NCBI RefSeq assembly: GCF_018350175.1
Contig: NC_058368.1
Location: forward strand, 129,272,001 to 129,336,000
From: Felis catus
Taxonomy: Eukaryota
Reading direction: 5' to 3'
Length of the DNA: 64,000 nucleotides
The position numbers were made by a program, and so were the translations under genes. Shown in pieces: positions 63,567 through 64,000 of this stretch. Positions within the stretch are counted from its first letter, which is position 1; each line of letters begins with the position of its first letter. The notes beneath the pieces are model-generated. The model was given only the letters and a program-made list of their open reading frames with translations, ran no database searches and was not told the DNA's origin.

Positions 63567-64000
63567 TTCAGAGCATTTATAAATTAAACTTGCTTCTGAA
63601 TAGTTAGGGTTAAATTGGTTCAAAAAGCACTCTCTTAAATTTGACTTTTTCTTTTGAGGTACTAAGCCTTGTGAAAATGCAAAACTCCTAGGAGATGTAG
63701 CATTTTTGGTAGACTGCCACCAACCCCTGAATTTCTTTATCTACTTGGAATCTATACTGTTAAGTGCATGTATATAGATTCAGAACCATCTATATTCCTG
63801 GTGATTTTTAAAATAATGACCCTCTTTATCCATAAAAGTGTGTTTGTCCTTAAAGATTAATTTGTTTGATATAATATAGCCACAATGGTATTTTTAAAAT
63901 AAGAATTTGTTTCATAAATCTTTTCTCATCCCTTACCTTTTTGTCTTTCTGTGCCATTATGTTTAGGTCTTTTATACAACTGAATTTTAATTTCATTCTG

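Noticed and set aside
1..64000. A novel multi-gene biological system, or identification of the host gene
   Set aside because: No host coding exons, CpG-island promoter or operon-like organisation are visible; the locus cannot be named without alignment to a reference genome.

Overview
Mammalian non-coding genomic DNA, very probably felid: the young SINEs look like SINEC_Fc-type Can-SINEs and there is a carnivore-type young L1. I recognise no host protein-coding exon, intact RNA gene or CRISPR array. Nearly all ORF-track entries are low-complexity, repeat-derived or chance ORFs. The only real protein frame is a 5'-truncated, uninterrupted LINE-1 ORF2 C-terminal half (38758-40476, minus). The window holds 11 tRNA-derived Can-SINEs (most with readable TSDs), old L1M/L2/MIR pieces, MaLR/ERVL/ERV1 LTRs, a decayed ERVL provirus with gag and pol remnants, hAT DNA-transposon fossils and several microsatellites. 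Repeat-poor blocks at about 11.8-12.6, 15.6-18.5, 46.9-48.6 and 51.6-55.0 kb look like conserved enhancers, suggesting a large intron or gene desert near a developmental gene (inference). The most notable small-scale signals are: a tailless retroposed 5' tRNA-Ile half reading GAT at the anticodon (possible inosine imprint); a microsatellite that builds a 570-nt AG-free 3' splice-site architecture ahead of a candidate 224-nt cryptic exon; a double-hairpin templated-insertion scar; and nested or inverted retroelements. I found no convincing previously undescribed multi-gene system. Repeat family names come from my recall of consensus sequences, not from a search, and old-repeat boundaries are approximate.
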